Shown: positions 7,638 through 15,946 of the stretch, one piece after another
How positions within the stretch are numbered: position 1 is the stretch's first letter
How the letters are laid out: each line of letters starts with the position of its first letter
Assembly: GCA_049599895.1 (NCBI GenBank)
Contig: JBMYPC010000062.1
Location: 1 to 16,860, forward strand
Direction of reading: 5' to 3'
Length of the DNA: 16,860 nt
DNA from: Bacteriovoracaceae bacterium
GTDB lineage: Bacteria > Bdellovibrionota > Bacteriovoracia > Bacteriovoracales > Bacteriovoracaceae
Program-made: the position numbers and the translations under genes
Notes under the pieces: model-generated
Told to the model about the DNA's origin: nothing
Databases searched by the model: none
What the model saw: only the letters and a program-made list of their open reading frames with translations

Positions 7638-8639
7638 ATGCAAACCAAGAAAGAAAACTGTCTAGTTCAAACAAACGTAATTTTTAACGAGGAGGTCGAA
7701 ATGAAAGATTACAAACTTGAACAACTGGATGAAAACTATGGATCTTTAGTTGAAGAGATTCTGTGTGAAGTATTTCACATCGAAGATCAGGATGATTCTT
7801 TAGAAAGCATGCATGAAGCAGCAATTTATGATTTAAGAAGTGATAGTGAGCTTGAGATCTCTAAAGAAAGAGAACTTAGGAGTCTAGATGGTGACTCGGC
7901 ACCAACAGAGGACTTGAAGCTGTTGGAAGAGCAAGCTACTAGTTACTTTAAGAATCCTACAAAAGTCTTTACGCCATCAGAAGACGTTATTACAGATGAT
8001 GTTATTACTGGATTTATCCAAATTAATGCGGGGTTGAAATTCGATAAAGATGGAAAGCCGATAGAGATTTGGAAAAGCTATGGGCAGAAGTTAGTTGTAT
8101 CGCTTGATAGGCTCTACAACCCAGAGTCTATTAATTCTCAAGTAGAGTCATTGGGGTTTGAGTTATCAGATATGGTTAGAGTCGTATTCTATGGAGCACC
8201 TCTTTCGAAGATAGTCGGTTCTAGAGAATATGTAAAAGGTGAAAAGAAAACCCTAGAGCCTCTTTCAGATATCTACTCTAATATTCTATTAGCCATCCCG
8301 GCTGAAGAAAGAGGTGGTACTGATGATTCTATATTCTCTTTTGTTGATAGGTTAGTGAAGGACTCTATTCAAACAGGAGCAGAGTTGGGGCTTGATCGTT
8401 GCACTATCGGTCATTGGGAAATGACTCGTATTAGGTTGGATGAATTAAAGCAAGAAGAGGTTGAACTAAAAGAATTGAGAAGGATTGAAAAGATTCAAGC
8501 TGGATTTTCTCAAAGAAGGAAAAGTTATGTTGATAACTTTAAAGAAGCGAAGCAAGTAATCAAAGGACTGAATGATATGAGTCTTAAGGTTAGAGATCTA
8601 GTAGATGTCGATTCAAAGCTTATCTATCAGTTGCAATAA
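7638..8639 (+). CDS. Hypothetical acidic protein (element backbone); 3' end may be a deletion junction
   Basis: 333-aa ORF. Strong SD before both ATG 7638 (AGGAGG) and ATG 7701 (GAGGAGG). No recognisable family. Confidence 0.7.
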   Translation: MQTKKENCLVQTNVIFNEEVEMKDYKLEQLDENYGSLVEEILCEVFHIEDQDDSLESMHEAAIYDLRSDSELEISKERELRSLDGDSAPTEDLKLLEEQATSYFKNPTKVFTPSEDVITDDVITGFIQINAGLKFDKDGKPIEIWKSYGQKLVVSLDRLYNPESINSQVESLGFELSDMVRVVFYGAPLSKIVGSREYVKGEKKTLEPLSDIYSNILLAIPAEERGGTDDSIFSFVDRLVKDSIQTGAELGLDRCTIGHWEMTRIRLDELKQEEVELKELRRIEKIQAGFSQRRKSYVDNFKEAKQVIKGLNDMSLKVRDLVDVDSKLIYQLQ

Positions 8640-8881
8640 GTGGATCATGGTTAGATAGTGAAGGAGCTAAGAATGAAAAAACAACTTGGCACTCCGTAGC
8701 TGTATGGAAAAAGCTAGCAGACTTATGTCGTGATCATCTTAAGAAAGGTGATCTTGTGTTTGTTGAAGGTGAAATTACAAATTCATCTTGGACAGATGAG
8801 AATGGTAAAAAACACCAAACAAGTGAAATAAAAGCTAAACGTATTTTGTTTTTCGATTCATTTAAATTTACGAACAAGTAA
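8618..8881 (+). pseudogene. ssb: 5'-truncated single-stranded DNA-binding protein (OB fold), not in the ORF track
   Basis: Frame reads AYLSVAISGSWLDSEGAKNEKTTWHSVAVWKKLADLCRDHLKKGDLVFVEGEITNSSWTDENGKKHQTSEIKAKRILF, the SSB consensus. No start codon precedes it, there is an in-frame TAG at 8591, and the first beta-strand is missing. Confidence 0.88.
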
Positions 8882-8939
8882 AAAGCTGGAAGGTTACTAT
8901 AAATCGCTTGGTATTCCTAAGCTAAAAAGGAGACCGTCC

Positions 8940-9168
8940 ATGGACAAAAATACAAATGCTAACCCACGATCAATTTGATGAATACTATTCAGATGAAATT
9001 ACTTTAGAAAAGGCACTAATTAGAGTTGCCCCATTATTTGTAAATTCATTGATTAGGAAACACCCATCGCTGATGTTAGCGATTGTACTTGCTGACGTTG
9101 CATTAGAAGTTAGAAATAACAGGAAAGCGAAACGAAAGTTTGGCGAGTTAGTTCTAATAAAAAGTTAA
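8940..9168 (+). CDS. Small hypothetical protein, probably frameshifted near its start
   Basis: AAGGAG precedes ATG 8940, which is out of frame with the 70-aa ORF 8956-9168 unless one A is removed from the A5 run at 8946-8950. Confidence 0.5.
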
Positions 9169-9191
9169 ACAACAATACCTATTTCCAGCTT

Positions 9192-9221
9192 CCCTAGGGG
9201 AATTAATCCTCTGGGGTTTTT
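9192..9221 (+). terminator. Intrinsic terminator
   Basis: CCCTAGGGGA / TCCTCTGGGG stem (with G-U pairs) followed by TTTTT, just after the stop at 9168. Confidence 0.65.
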
Positions 9222-9248
9222 ATTAACCACTTACTATAGGAGTTAAGT

Positions 9249-9545
9249 ATGATTGAGCAAAGAGCTGAGCAAGCACAACAAAGTTATGAACCAGAAGTAG
9301 AAAAAGGCTTTTTAAGTGATGGAATCCTTTCACTAGGTGGAAGTGTATTCAGTACTGTTGGAAAAGTAGCACTCGCTATCGGAACAACGGGAATCCTAAT
9401 GTATCTGTTCTACCAACTTGAAGTAATTGTTGGATTAGGGACAGTACTTACAGGAGCTATTGCCATTTGTGGTGGTGTCGCCTCAATGGCCTTAGGTAAC
9501 AAAATGTCCACAGGAAGTTTCCTTGATGGATTATTAGGTGCCTAA
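9249..9545 (+). CDS. Small Gly-rich membrane protein
   Basis: AGGAG SD. 98 aa with two hydrophobic segments. Followed by a terminator. Confidence 0.7.
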   Translation: MIEQRAEQAQQSYEPEVEKGFLSDGILSLGGSVFSTVGKVALAIGTTGILMYLFYQLEVIVGLGTVLTGAIAICGGVASMALGNKMSTGSFLDGLLGA

Positions 9546-9551
9546 CTCACT

Positions 9552-9574
9552 AAGGGGCCTAGAGCCCCTTTTTT
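9552..9574 (+). terminator. Intrinsic terminator
   Basis: AAGGGGC-ctaga-GCCCCTT followed by TTTT. Confidence 0.8.
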
Positions 9575-9579
9575 ACTAA

Positions 9580-10584
9580 GCATGGTTAAAAAATAATAAA
9601 GAAATCGAACAAGTTAAAATTATCATGCAAAAATTTAATGAGCATCTTTCTTATAAGTCTCTTTTGGTTGAGCTAAGTGAGATGGGTGTAAAAAACAAAA
9701 CAGGAAAAGAATTTAATGTCCCATCATTGAAGAGACTTCTTACTAATAAAAAATATATTGGTAAGCTTCATGTTCCTACTGATTCCGATAATGAAGAAGT
9801 ATATGTTGATCTTCCATTTGGTGCTGTCATAGATAAGGAACTTTTTGATAAAACACAGGCCAACGTAGCTGTCGTAGAAAAATTAAGAGGATTTAATAAA
9901 AAGCGGTCTCGCTTATATGCCCTAACAGGTATTTTACACTTTGAGGATGGATCTCGTTTTACTGGTAATTCAGGTACTGCTCGAAATGGTGCACCAAAGT
10001 ATTATTACTACAACGCCAAAAACAAGGTTCGGGTTTCCGCTGATGAGATTGAATCTGCTGTATTTAACTCTTTAAGAGTCTTTGAAGACAACGAAAAAAT
10101 GATTGAGCATGCTAAGAAGGTTAAAAAAGAAACATTTTCGAAATTAGACTTCGTGAAAAATGAGATCTCTAAGAGAAAAAAAGAATTAAAAGAAATATCC
10201 AAGGAAGAAGACTCTCTAATGGAGACATTGAGAACTGCTGAAGGTGGAAAGTCTGGCCAAAGAGTACTTCGTTGGCTGGATGAACAGCTTGAAGGACTTG
10301 AAGAAAGGAAAAGATTAACTAAGGAGGCGATCTCAAGTCTTAAAAATGAGCAGCTAGATTTATCGGAAGCCAAAGTAGATGCAAATTCATTAAAGAAGTC
10401 ATTGAAAGTTGTTTTTGACCGCCTGGAGGCTTCAGATCCTGCAGTAAAAAGAGGAATAGCTCGTCAGTTATTTAAATCAGTTAAGTTATGTATGGGGAAT
10501 CGTCTTGAGGTTTCTTGGAATCTTCCGCTGAGCCGTGGCTCTGGCGGTAAGTATTCCTCGAATAAAAAAAAATGGGGTGGCTGA
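9580..10584 (+). pseudogene. Large serine recombinase (integrase), missing the N-terminal catalytic resolvase domain
   Basis: Frame is open from 9580 (TAA at 9577) and reads NKEIEQVKIIMQKF...SLKRLLTNKKYIG...AVIDKELFDKTQ (recombinase domain), YALTGIL...KYYYY (zinc-ribbon position), a coiled coil, then KRGIARQLFKSVKL. It ends inside the tRNA-His 3' end. Confidence 0.9.
10534..10580 (+). repeat. Junction/att motif copy 3 (tRNA-proximal att site)
   Basis: cgtggctctggcggtaagtattcctcgaataaaaaaaaatggggtgg aligns to copies 1 and 2 with a 2-nt and a 3-nt insertion. Confidence 0.8.
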
Positions 10585-10649
10585 CGGGGCTCGAACCCGC
10601 GACACCTAGAATCACAATCTAGTGCTCTACCAACTGAACTACAGCCACC
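10573..10649 (-). tRNA. tRNA-His (GTG)
   Basis: Minus strand reads GGTGGCTGTAGTTCAGTTGGTAGAGCACTAGATTGTGATTCTAGGTGTCGCGGGTTCGAGCCCCGTCAGCCACCCCA: G-1:C73 pair, GTG anticodon, T-loop GTTCGA and encoded CCA. Confidence 0.98.
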
Positions 10650-10670
10650 ACAAGTCTTGTTCGAGTGAAC

Positions 10671-10699
10671 TTTATACTTACGCGGTAGGGTGAAGTCAA
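10671..10699 (-). promoter_or_regulatory. Sigma70-type promoter of tRNA-His
   Basis: TTGACT (10699-10694), 17-nt spacer, TATAAA (10676-10671). Confidence 0.8.
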
Positions 10700-10795
10700 G
10701 AGACCCTTGGCAAAAATGCAGGGGATTTCAGGGGCTTAGAGTTGAATTTTTGGAGCGAAATTGGGGACTTTTATAAAGATCTGGCCCGAGATTCT

Positions 10796-10824
10796 TTGAC
10801 GTGAGCGCAGTTAGCGAATAAAAT
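10796..10824 (+). promoter_or_regulatory. Sigma70-type promoter for the 10873-12610 operon
   Basis: TTGACG (10796-10801), 17-nt spacer, TAAAAT (10819-10824). Confidence 0.7.
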
Positions 10825-10872
10825 TTTAAGTAGTTATATTTAATTTTATAACGCATCTTGTTGGAGAATTAT

Positions 10873-11478
10873 ATGAAATCAATTGTTTTACTCGCATCTC
10901 TTATCGCCTCATCAAGCCTTTGGGCCTATGGAACAGGTCTTTCAACTGCACCAATGGTGAAAAGTAAAAAGTATGTTTCTGCTGAACTTACGGGAGTAAC
11001 TTCAACTGGTGGTGGTGTAGGGCTTCAAGCGCGTTTTACACAGCAGGCCACTCGAAACGTTGTTTTTGATGCTGGTATTGGGATGAGTGGTGGCGACTAT
11101 GACAATCGCCTCTTTGTTGGCGCTGATTATCTTATCTTTCCAGATTATCAAAAGCAGCCACGTTTTTCTGTAAAGGCCACTCTTGAAAATGCTGAAGAGC
11201 TTGATTCAAGAAGAAACATTGTTGGTCTTGCACCAACTGTTTCAAAAGGATTTAACTTTTGGGGAACGGAAGCATATCCATTCTTAGCTCTTCCTATAAA
11301 TCTTAACCTCAACACTGATTCAAAGAATTACGAAACAACGATTGCTGCAAACCTTGGTATTCTGGGACAACTTCCCATTCAAGGTTATGAGCATCTCACT
11401 TACTCAGTTGAAGGAACGATTAAACTGAAAGATTCTCTTTCAGGGATTTTTCTTTCAATCGGTTATCCGATCGATTAA
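10873..11478 (+). CDS. Exported hypothetical protein, probable small outer-membrane beta-barrel
   Basis: GGAG SD before ATG 10873. Signal peptide MKSIVLLASLIASSSLWA. Gly/aromatic-rich strands, ending IFLSIGYPID. Confidence 0.7.
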   Translation: MKSIVLLASLIASSSLWAYGTGLSTAPMVKSKKYVSAELTGVTSTGGGVGLQARFTQQATRNVVFDAGIGMSGGDYDNRLFVGADYLIFPDYQKQPRFSVKATLENAEELDSRRNIVGLAPTVSKGFNFWGTEAYPFLALPINLNLNTDSKNYETTIAANLGILGQLPIQGYEHLTYSVEGTIKLKDSLSGIFLSIGYPID

Positions 11479-12225
11479 TTGAAAGTGAACTTTAAAAAAC
11501 CGAAAGTCGTATTCAGTGACTTTGATGGAACCCTCACTCAGGGGCATGTGATTACCCCTGAGCTCTTTGAAATTTTAAATCATTGTCATTACCAAGACGC
11601 AGACTTTGTTATTCATACAGGGAGATCTCTATCTTGGGGACATTGTCTGCTTTCTCATCTTCCTCATCTGAAATCAGTGATTACAGAAGGGGGAGGAGTT
11701 TATGTCACCAGAGATCCAAAGAATGGCTTAATGACTGAACATTTTCTTGTTGAAAAAGAAAGTTATGAGAAGCTTGAAGTGGTTACTCAAGAGCTTTTAA
11801 AGAAGTTTCCCATTCTTGAACTCTCAAGAGATTCGATTGGAAGAATCACTGATCGAGCGATTGAAAAAAAAGACTTATTAGATCTTTCAGTTCTTAAAGA
11901 CGTTAAGGCTTTTTTAGATGAACATGAAGTGACTTATTCTGTTTCAAATGTTCACCTCAATTTTTGGTGTGGTGAAGTTGATAAGTATAAGGCCTTACTA
12001 AAGTTTATTGATCGCGAATATGACAATGTCTCTGAAGATGACTGTTGGTTCTTTGGGGATAGCCTCAATGACGAACCCGTCTTTAAAGACCTTAAACACA
12101 CCGTAGGGGTTCACAACCTTAATCTTATCAAAGAAGAATTTAAAGATCTTCCAAGTGTGATCTTAGAAGACCCTGAACATACCGGTCCCACGGGAGTTCT
12201 GGCGTTTTTAAAAGACAATCTTTAA
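11479..12225 (+). CDS. HAD-superfamily hydrolase, subfamily IIB-like
   Basis: Motif I FSDFDGTL, motif II HTGRS, motif III K (VDKYKA), motif IV GDSLND. Confidence 0.92.
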   Translation: MKVNFKKPKVVFSDFDGTLTQGHVITPELFEILNHCHYQDADFVIHTGRSLSWGHCLLSHLPHLKSVITEGGGVYVTRDPKNGLMTEHFLVEKESYEKLEVVTQELLKKFPILELSRDSIGRITDRAIEKKDLLDLSVLKDVKAFLDEHEVTYSVSNVHLNFWCGEVDKYKALLKFIDREYDNVSEDDCWFFGDSLNDEPVFKDLKHTVGVHNLNLIKEEFKDLPSVILEDPEHTGPTGVLAFLKDNL

Positions 12226-12226
12226 T

Positions 12227-12610
12227 ATGAAGTCGAAGTTTCTTAAGAAGTTCACTCATCAAGTGGTCAGTTGCCCAAGCTGCTATCAAAAGCTTCGAGT
12301 TCCAGCAAGGCCTGGAAAAACTTTAGAGATTAAATGCCAAAAATGTGGATATGTCTTTCAGATAAATTTTAAATCACCTCTTGATGGGCCTTTTCAATAT
12401 AATCGAAATCAGAACCCTCTTCAGAATCTAAAAGGGTTTATGACTCGTTATACAAGGCTTCCTATTCAAGGAAAGAGAGTCATTCGAATCTTTCTGATTT
12501 TCTTTCTTTTTATGATTTTTATGCTTGCTGGAAGATATGCTTTTGAAAACTCGTCTCGATTTGATCGAGTGTCACCGGATGAGTCCTCTTCTGTTATTGA
12601 AGTTCTTTAG
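12227..12610 (+). CDS. Zinc-ribbon membrane protein
   Basis: CPSC...CQKC and one C-terminal transmembrane segment (IFLIFFLFMIFMLAG). Confidence 0.8.
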   Translation: MKSKFLKKFTHQVVSCPSCYQKLRVPARPGKTLEIKCQKCGYVFQINFKSPLDGPFQYNRNQNPLQNLKGFMTRYTRLPIQGKRVIRIFLIFFLFMIFMLAGRYAFENSSRFDRVSPDESSSVIEVL

Positions 12611-13677
12611 GCCAATGTTTCTTTGATTGTCATTTGAATTTGTTCTCGAAGTTGATCGAGACTTTTTTTGTCCATTAGTGTCCCAAGATATTCCAAAAGG
12701 TCCTTTGGTATAGTTGAAATAAAAGTTTTAGGCTGATCTTTAAAGGGAACGCGAATTCCAATCGCATGGAGAGCATGTCTGGGGAGAATCATTGCTTCAA
12801 AGTCTTCAGGCTCAGCGTATCCATCCTTAAATCTTTGAAACATCGGATAACTTCCAAGATAAAGCTTATCCCCAATGAGAGGGTAGCCTAAGTCTTTAGC
12901 ATGAACTCGAATCTGATGCTGTCTTCCGGTTTTAGGAAAAGCAAGACCAATAACGATGTCTCCAATCTTTTCAATGATTTTAAAATGAGTTTCAGCGTGC
13001 TTTCCTCTTGAGTCATCCTCAGGATAGCTTTCAATATAGACTCTTTTAAGTCCTTCTTCTTCTGTGCCTAGTCGGTTTTTATTGAGAGCTTCATTGGGAA
13101 GTTCTTTATTTTCAACGTTTTTTCCAATGAAAAAGTAGGCCTTCTTAACTTGAGAGTGTTCAAAGAACTTCGTGATTTCCATGGCCTTTTTTGAGTTTTT
13201 CCCTAGAACGAGAATCCCTGAAGTCTCACGATCGATTCTGTGTACGGATTGAACAGGCATATTAAGTTCAGCTTCAAGATAAACTGTCACGCAGTGAAAA
13301 AGATGTTTCCCTGTTGGGTGTGTGGCCATAAAAGCAGGTTTTGTGACGACAATATAATCTTTTTCCTGATGAACGATCGGGAGTTCATTTTCAAGTTTTA
13401 AGACTTCTCCTTTCCAGGTTTCACCGTCCTCTGCCTTGAAAGGTGTCGTGACTTGGACAATGTCATGATTTCGAACTTTTGATGAAGGTCTTTGTTTTCC
13501 TTCACGAGTTTCAATGAAAATCTCTGAAGCGTCGATTTTCTTTTTAATGATTTGTCTGGACCAGTTCTCAAAACGGAGCATCACGAATTGATCAAGTCTT
13601 AAACCATCTTCTTCTTCTTGTGCTCTAAAGCGAGCTTTATAAAGATCTTTAGTGAAACTTTTTTCAAGAAGGATCAT
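12607..13677 (-). CDS. RluA-family 23S rRNA pseudouridine synthase (RluC/RluD-like, with S4-like domain)
   Basis: GLRLDQF...SRQIIKKKI S4-like start, KPAFMATHP, catalytic HRIDRETSG, TGRQHQIRVH, GDKLY and RHALHA. Confidence 0.95.
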   Translation of the reverse strand: MILLEKSFTKDLYKARFRAQEEEDGLRLDQFVMLRFENWSRQIIKKKIDASEIFIETREGKQRPSSKVRNHDIVQVTTPFKAEDGETWKGEVLKLENELPIVHQEKDYIVVTKPAFMATHPTGKHLFHCVTVYLEAELNMPVQSVHRIDRETSGILVLGKNSKKAMEITKFFEHSQVKKAYFFIGKNVENKELPNEALNKNRLGTEEEGLKRVYIESYPEDDSRGKHAETHFKIIEKIGDIVIGLAFPKTGRQHQIRVHAKDLGYPLIGDKLYLGSYPMFQRFKDGYAEPEDFEAMILPRHALHAIGIRVPFKDQPKTFISTIPKDLLEYLGTLMDKKSLDQLREQIQMTIKETLA

Positions 13678-13689
13678 AGGATAAAGATT

Positions 13690-15876
13690 TTAATAACGCT
13701 CTTTAATAGTGAACTTTAAAAGATTGAGTGCACCATCCTCACTGTAACCATAAGCCTCTGTCAGATTTTGGATAACCTGCTCAATAATCTCACGAGATTC
13801 CTTGGTAAGAGAAGTCTTAGCGTCCCCAGTGTTTTTCTCAGCTTCATAAAAGACAATGTTTTTTGCAATCTCTTGAATGGTCTTTTTTTGCTCAACTCGA
13901 AAAGACTCTTTGAGCTTACTGATAAGATCTGGGAAGACATCAGGGTAGTGAATTTCTTTTCCTGGATTATCTAAAGAAAAGGCCCCAAGCCTTGAGATGA
14001 GATGTGAGCGAAATTTTTTGGCATCTTCCTTGAGATCAATATTGCTTTCAAATTCTTTCATAAAGTACTCATCAGGAGCTTCAAACTTATCGGTAATTGG
14101 GTTTTTAAGTTTTTCACCCTTAATAAGTGCGCTGACATTAAGAATGTATTTTTCAATAAAAGACTCGTATGAACGATTATCAATAAGCCCTAGAGAATCA
14201 CGAAGCTCTTTATCAAACTGATCAAGAGAATGTGATTGGATTAATGAAAGAAACCTTGCGGGATGATGATAATCTCCTTGAGGTGTCATATTTAGAAAAT
14301 CGTATTCGCTCTTTTTCAAGATAAGCTTTCCAAGATATTCAATAACCTCAGCAAATGAGATGTTTTTATTTCTATTGGCAAGCTTATAGATTACCGCTTT
14401 CATGTCTCTTGGAGAGAGTCCAAACTTTCCTTCATAGAGATTGTCGAGATCATACTCTGCTTGAATTTCAGAAATTCCTTGAGTTAAGATTTGAGCACTT
14501 TCACTATCAAGTCTTTCAGGAACTTCTCCAGAAGAAAGGAGTGTTGCCTTTTCAAGTGGATTGAGTGTGGCAACAATCGATCCAAGTTTTTTGTCTTTAT
14601 AATTTTTTGACTGGCAAGCTCGAATACGACTCATGATCGCAAATAAGCAAAGGGCCTGCATTGCATGAGGCTCAAACTTTGTTTGTTTCGAGAGTCCTTC
14701 AATTTGTTTTTCATAAATCTTTTCTTCTGATTTATGATCAAGAAGATAGGGGACGCGGATGAAGTTAAACCTACCTTTAAAGCTATTAAAGTCGGGATGT
14801 TGTCTAAATGCCGCTTGATGGATTTCATTTGAAGTTCCAATAAAAAAGATATCAAGATGAGTCACGATCCCTTGAAGATTAAGATTAGATGTCTCCATAG
14901 TTTGCAGAAGATATTTAAAAGCATCGAGAGGTCTTTTTAAAAGATCTGAAAATTCAAGAACTCCACGGTTTGCCATGATGGCCTCACCTTGCAGAGTAAA
15001 GAGATTTAAACTCTGAAGACTTGGAGGAAGACTGGCAAGCCTTTTATCCATGGTGATCTGTTGCATTTTGGCATCAACATGCATTTGAGGTTCAATAGTT
15101 ACCGCACTTGAAGAATAGCGTTTTGAAATAATAAATCTCTCAACTCGAATGTGTTTGAGAACATCTTTATGATCACCCTTATAGTTTTTAAGAAGGGCCT
15201 CATAAATCATTCGGTTTCTTTTTGAAAGATCTCCTCGATAAAGATAGGACTTCTTTACGGCTTCAAGTTGTTCAGGATCATCAGCGAGGGCTTCTTTAAT
15301 GATTTTTTGCCTTGCCTTTAAAGGAATTAAAAGAAGAGGATGATCTTTTAAATCAGAGTTTAAAATGGCACTGATTTCTTTGTCTGCAAGATGCGCGTAG
15401 GTACTTAAGTTGGTTCCAGTAGGGGTTGAAGTTAAGCCTAGAGTTCCTTTAATATAGTTATCAATAGGGAAGATCCAGCTAAAAGTAAAAAGTTTTCCTT
15501 GGTCTGATGATGAATAGTCTTCGGCTCCCATCATAATTTTTCGAACCAGAGAAGACTTCGCTGAACCGTTAGGCCCAACAAGGAGAATAAATTTATTGTT
15601 AAAACCTTCTTCTTTAAAATTTAAAAGGTTTTGAATGATTTGTTCCTCGGGCTTTTTTTGACCGTAGACTGCGGGGACTTCTTCATGTTCGGTTTGAAAA
15701 AGTGTGTACTCGCCATCTTCGGTTTTTCCAAAATGCTCAAGCATATCTTTGAGATAGAGTGAGGTTGGCCTTGTTTCTCTATTAGGATGAGCTTCAAATT
15801 GTTCCATGTATTCATGAAATGAGAGAACTTCATTGGGACGATCAGATTCTTCAGAGATTTGTTCTAACCAATTCAT
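13690..15876 (-). CDS. prkA: PrkA-family serine protein kinase (AAA+)
   Basis: Walker A ILLVGPNGSAKSS, ANRGVLEFSDLLKRP, VPYLLD..EEKIY, YEGKFGLSPR and YGYSEDGA. ATG 15876 has an AAGGA SD. Confidence 0.9.
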   Translation of the reverse strand: MNWLEQISEESDRPNEVLSFHEYMEQFEAHPNRETRPTSLYLKDMLEHFGKTEDGEYTLFQTEHEEVPAVYGQKKPEEQIIQNLLNFKEEGFNNKFILLVGPNGSAKSSLVRKIMMGAEDYSSSDQGKLFTFSWIFPIDNYIKGTLGLTSTPTGTNLSTYAHLADKEISAILNSDLKDHPLLLIPLKARQKIIKEALADDPEQLEAVKKSYLYRGDLSKRNRMIYEALLKNYKGDHKDVLKHIRVERFIISKRYSSSAVTIEPQMHVDAKMQQITMDKRLASLPPSLQSLNLFTLQGEAIMANRGVLEFSDLLKRPLDAFKYLLQTMETSNLNLQGIVTHLDIFFIGTSNEIHQAAFRQHPDFNSFKGRFNFIRVPYLLDHKSEEKIYEKQIEGLSKQTKFEPHAMQALCLFAIMSRIRACQSKNYKDKKLGSIVATLNPLEKATLLSSGEVPERLDSESAQILTQGISEIQAEYDLDNLYEGKFGLSPRDMKAVIYKLANRNKNISFAEVIEYLGKLILKKSEYDFLNMTPQGDYHHPARFLSLIQSHSLDQFDKELRDSLGLIDNRSYESFIEKYILNVSALIKGEKLKNPITDKFEAPDEYFMKEFESNIDLKEDAKKFRSHLISRLGAFSLDNPGKEIHYPDVFPDLISKLKESFRVEQKKTIQEIAKNIVFYEAEKNTGDAKTSLTKESREIIEQVIQNLTEAYGYSEDGALNLLKFTIKERY

Positions 15877-15946
15877 ATTTTTCCTTTTCGCCTTAAAAAT
15901 CAAAGTGGGGAATTGTTTATATTCCCTATCTTTATTATAGTATCTT

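Larger units (their letters stand above)
2974..10579. mobile_element. Element B: decayed large-serine-recombinase integrative element at tRNA-His
   Basis: Core AATGGGGTG at both ends (2974-2982, 10571-10579). Truncated recombinase at the tRNA-proximal end, ssb remnant and surface-protein cargo. Confidence 0.8.

Noticed and set aside
9249..9545. Holin call for the 98-aa membrane protein
   Set aside because: No endolysin or phage structural genes nearby and no charged C-terminal tail.
14..10580. Reading the three repeats as a CRISPR array or classical integron attC sites
   Set aside because: Kilobase irregular spacing, no cas or intI gene, and no attC-type palindrome. The tRNA core and serine recombinase explain them better.
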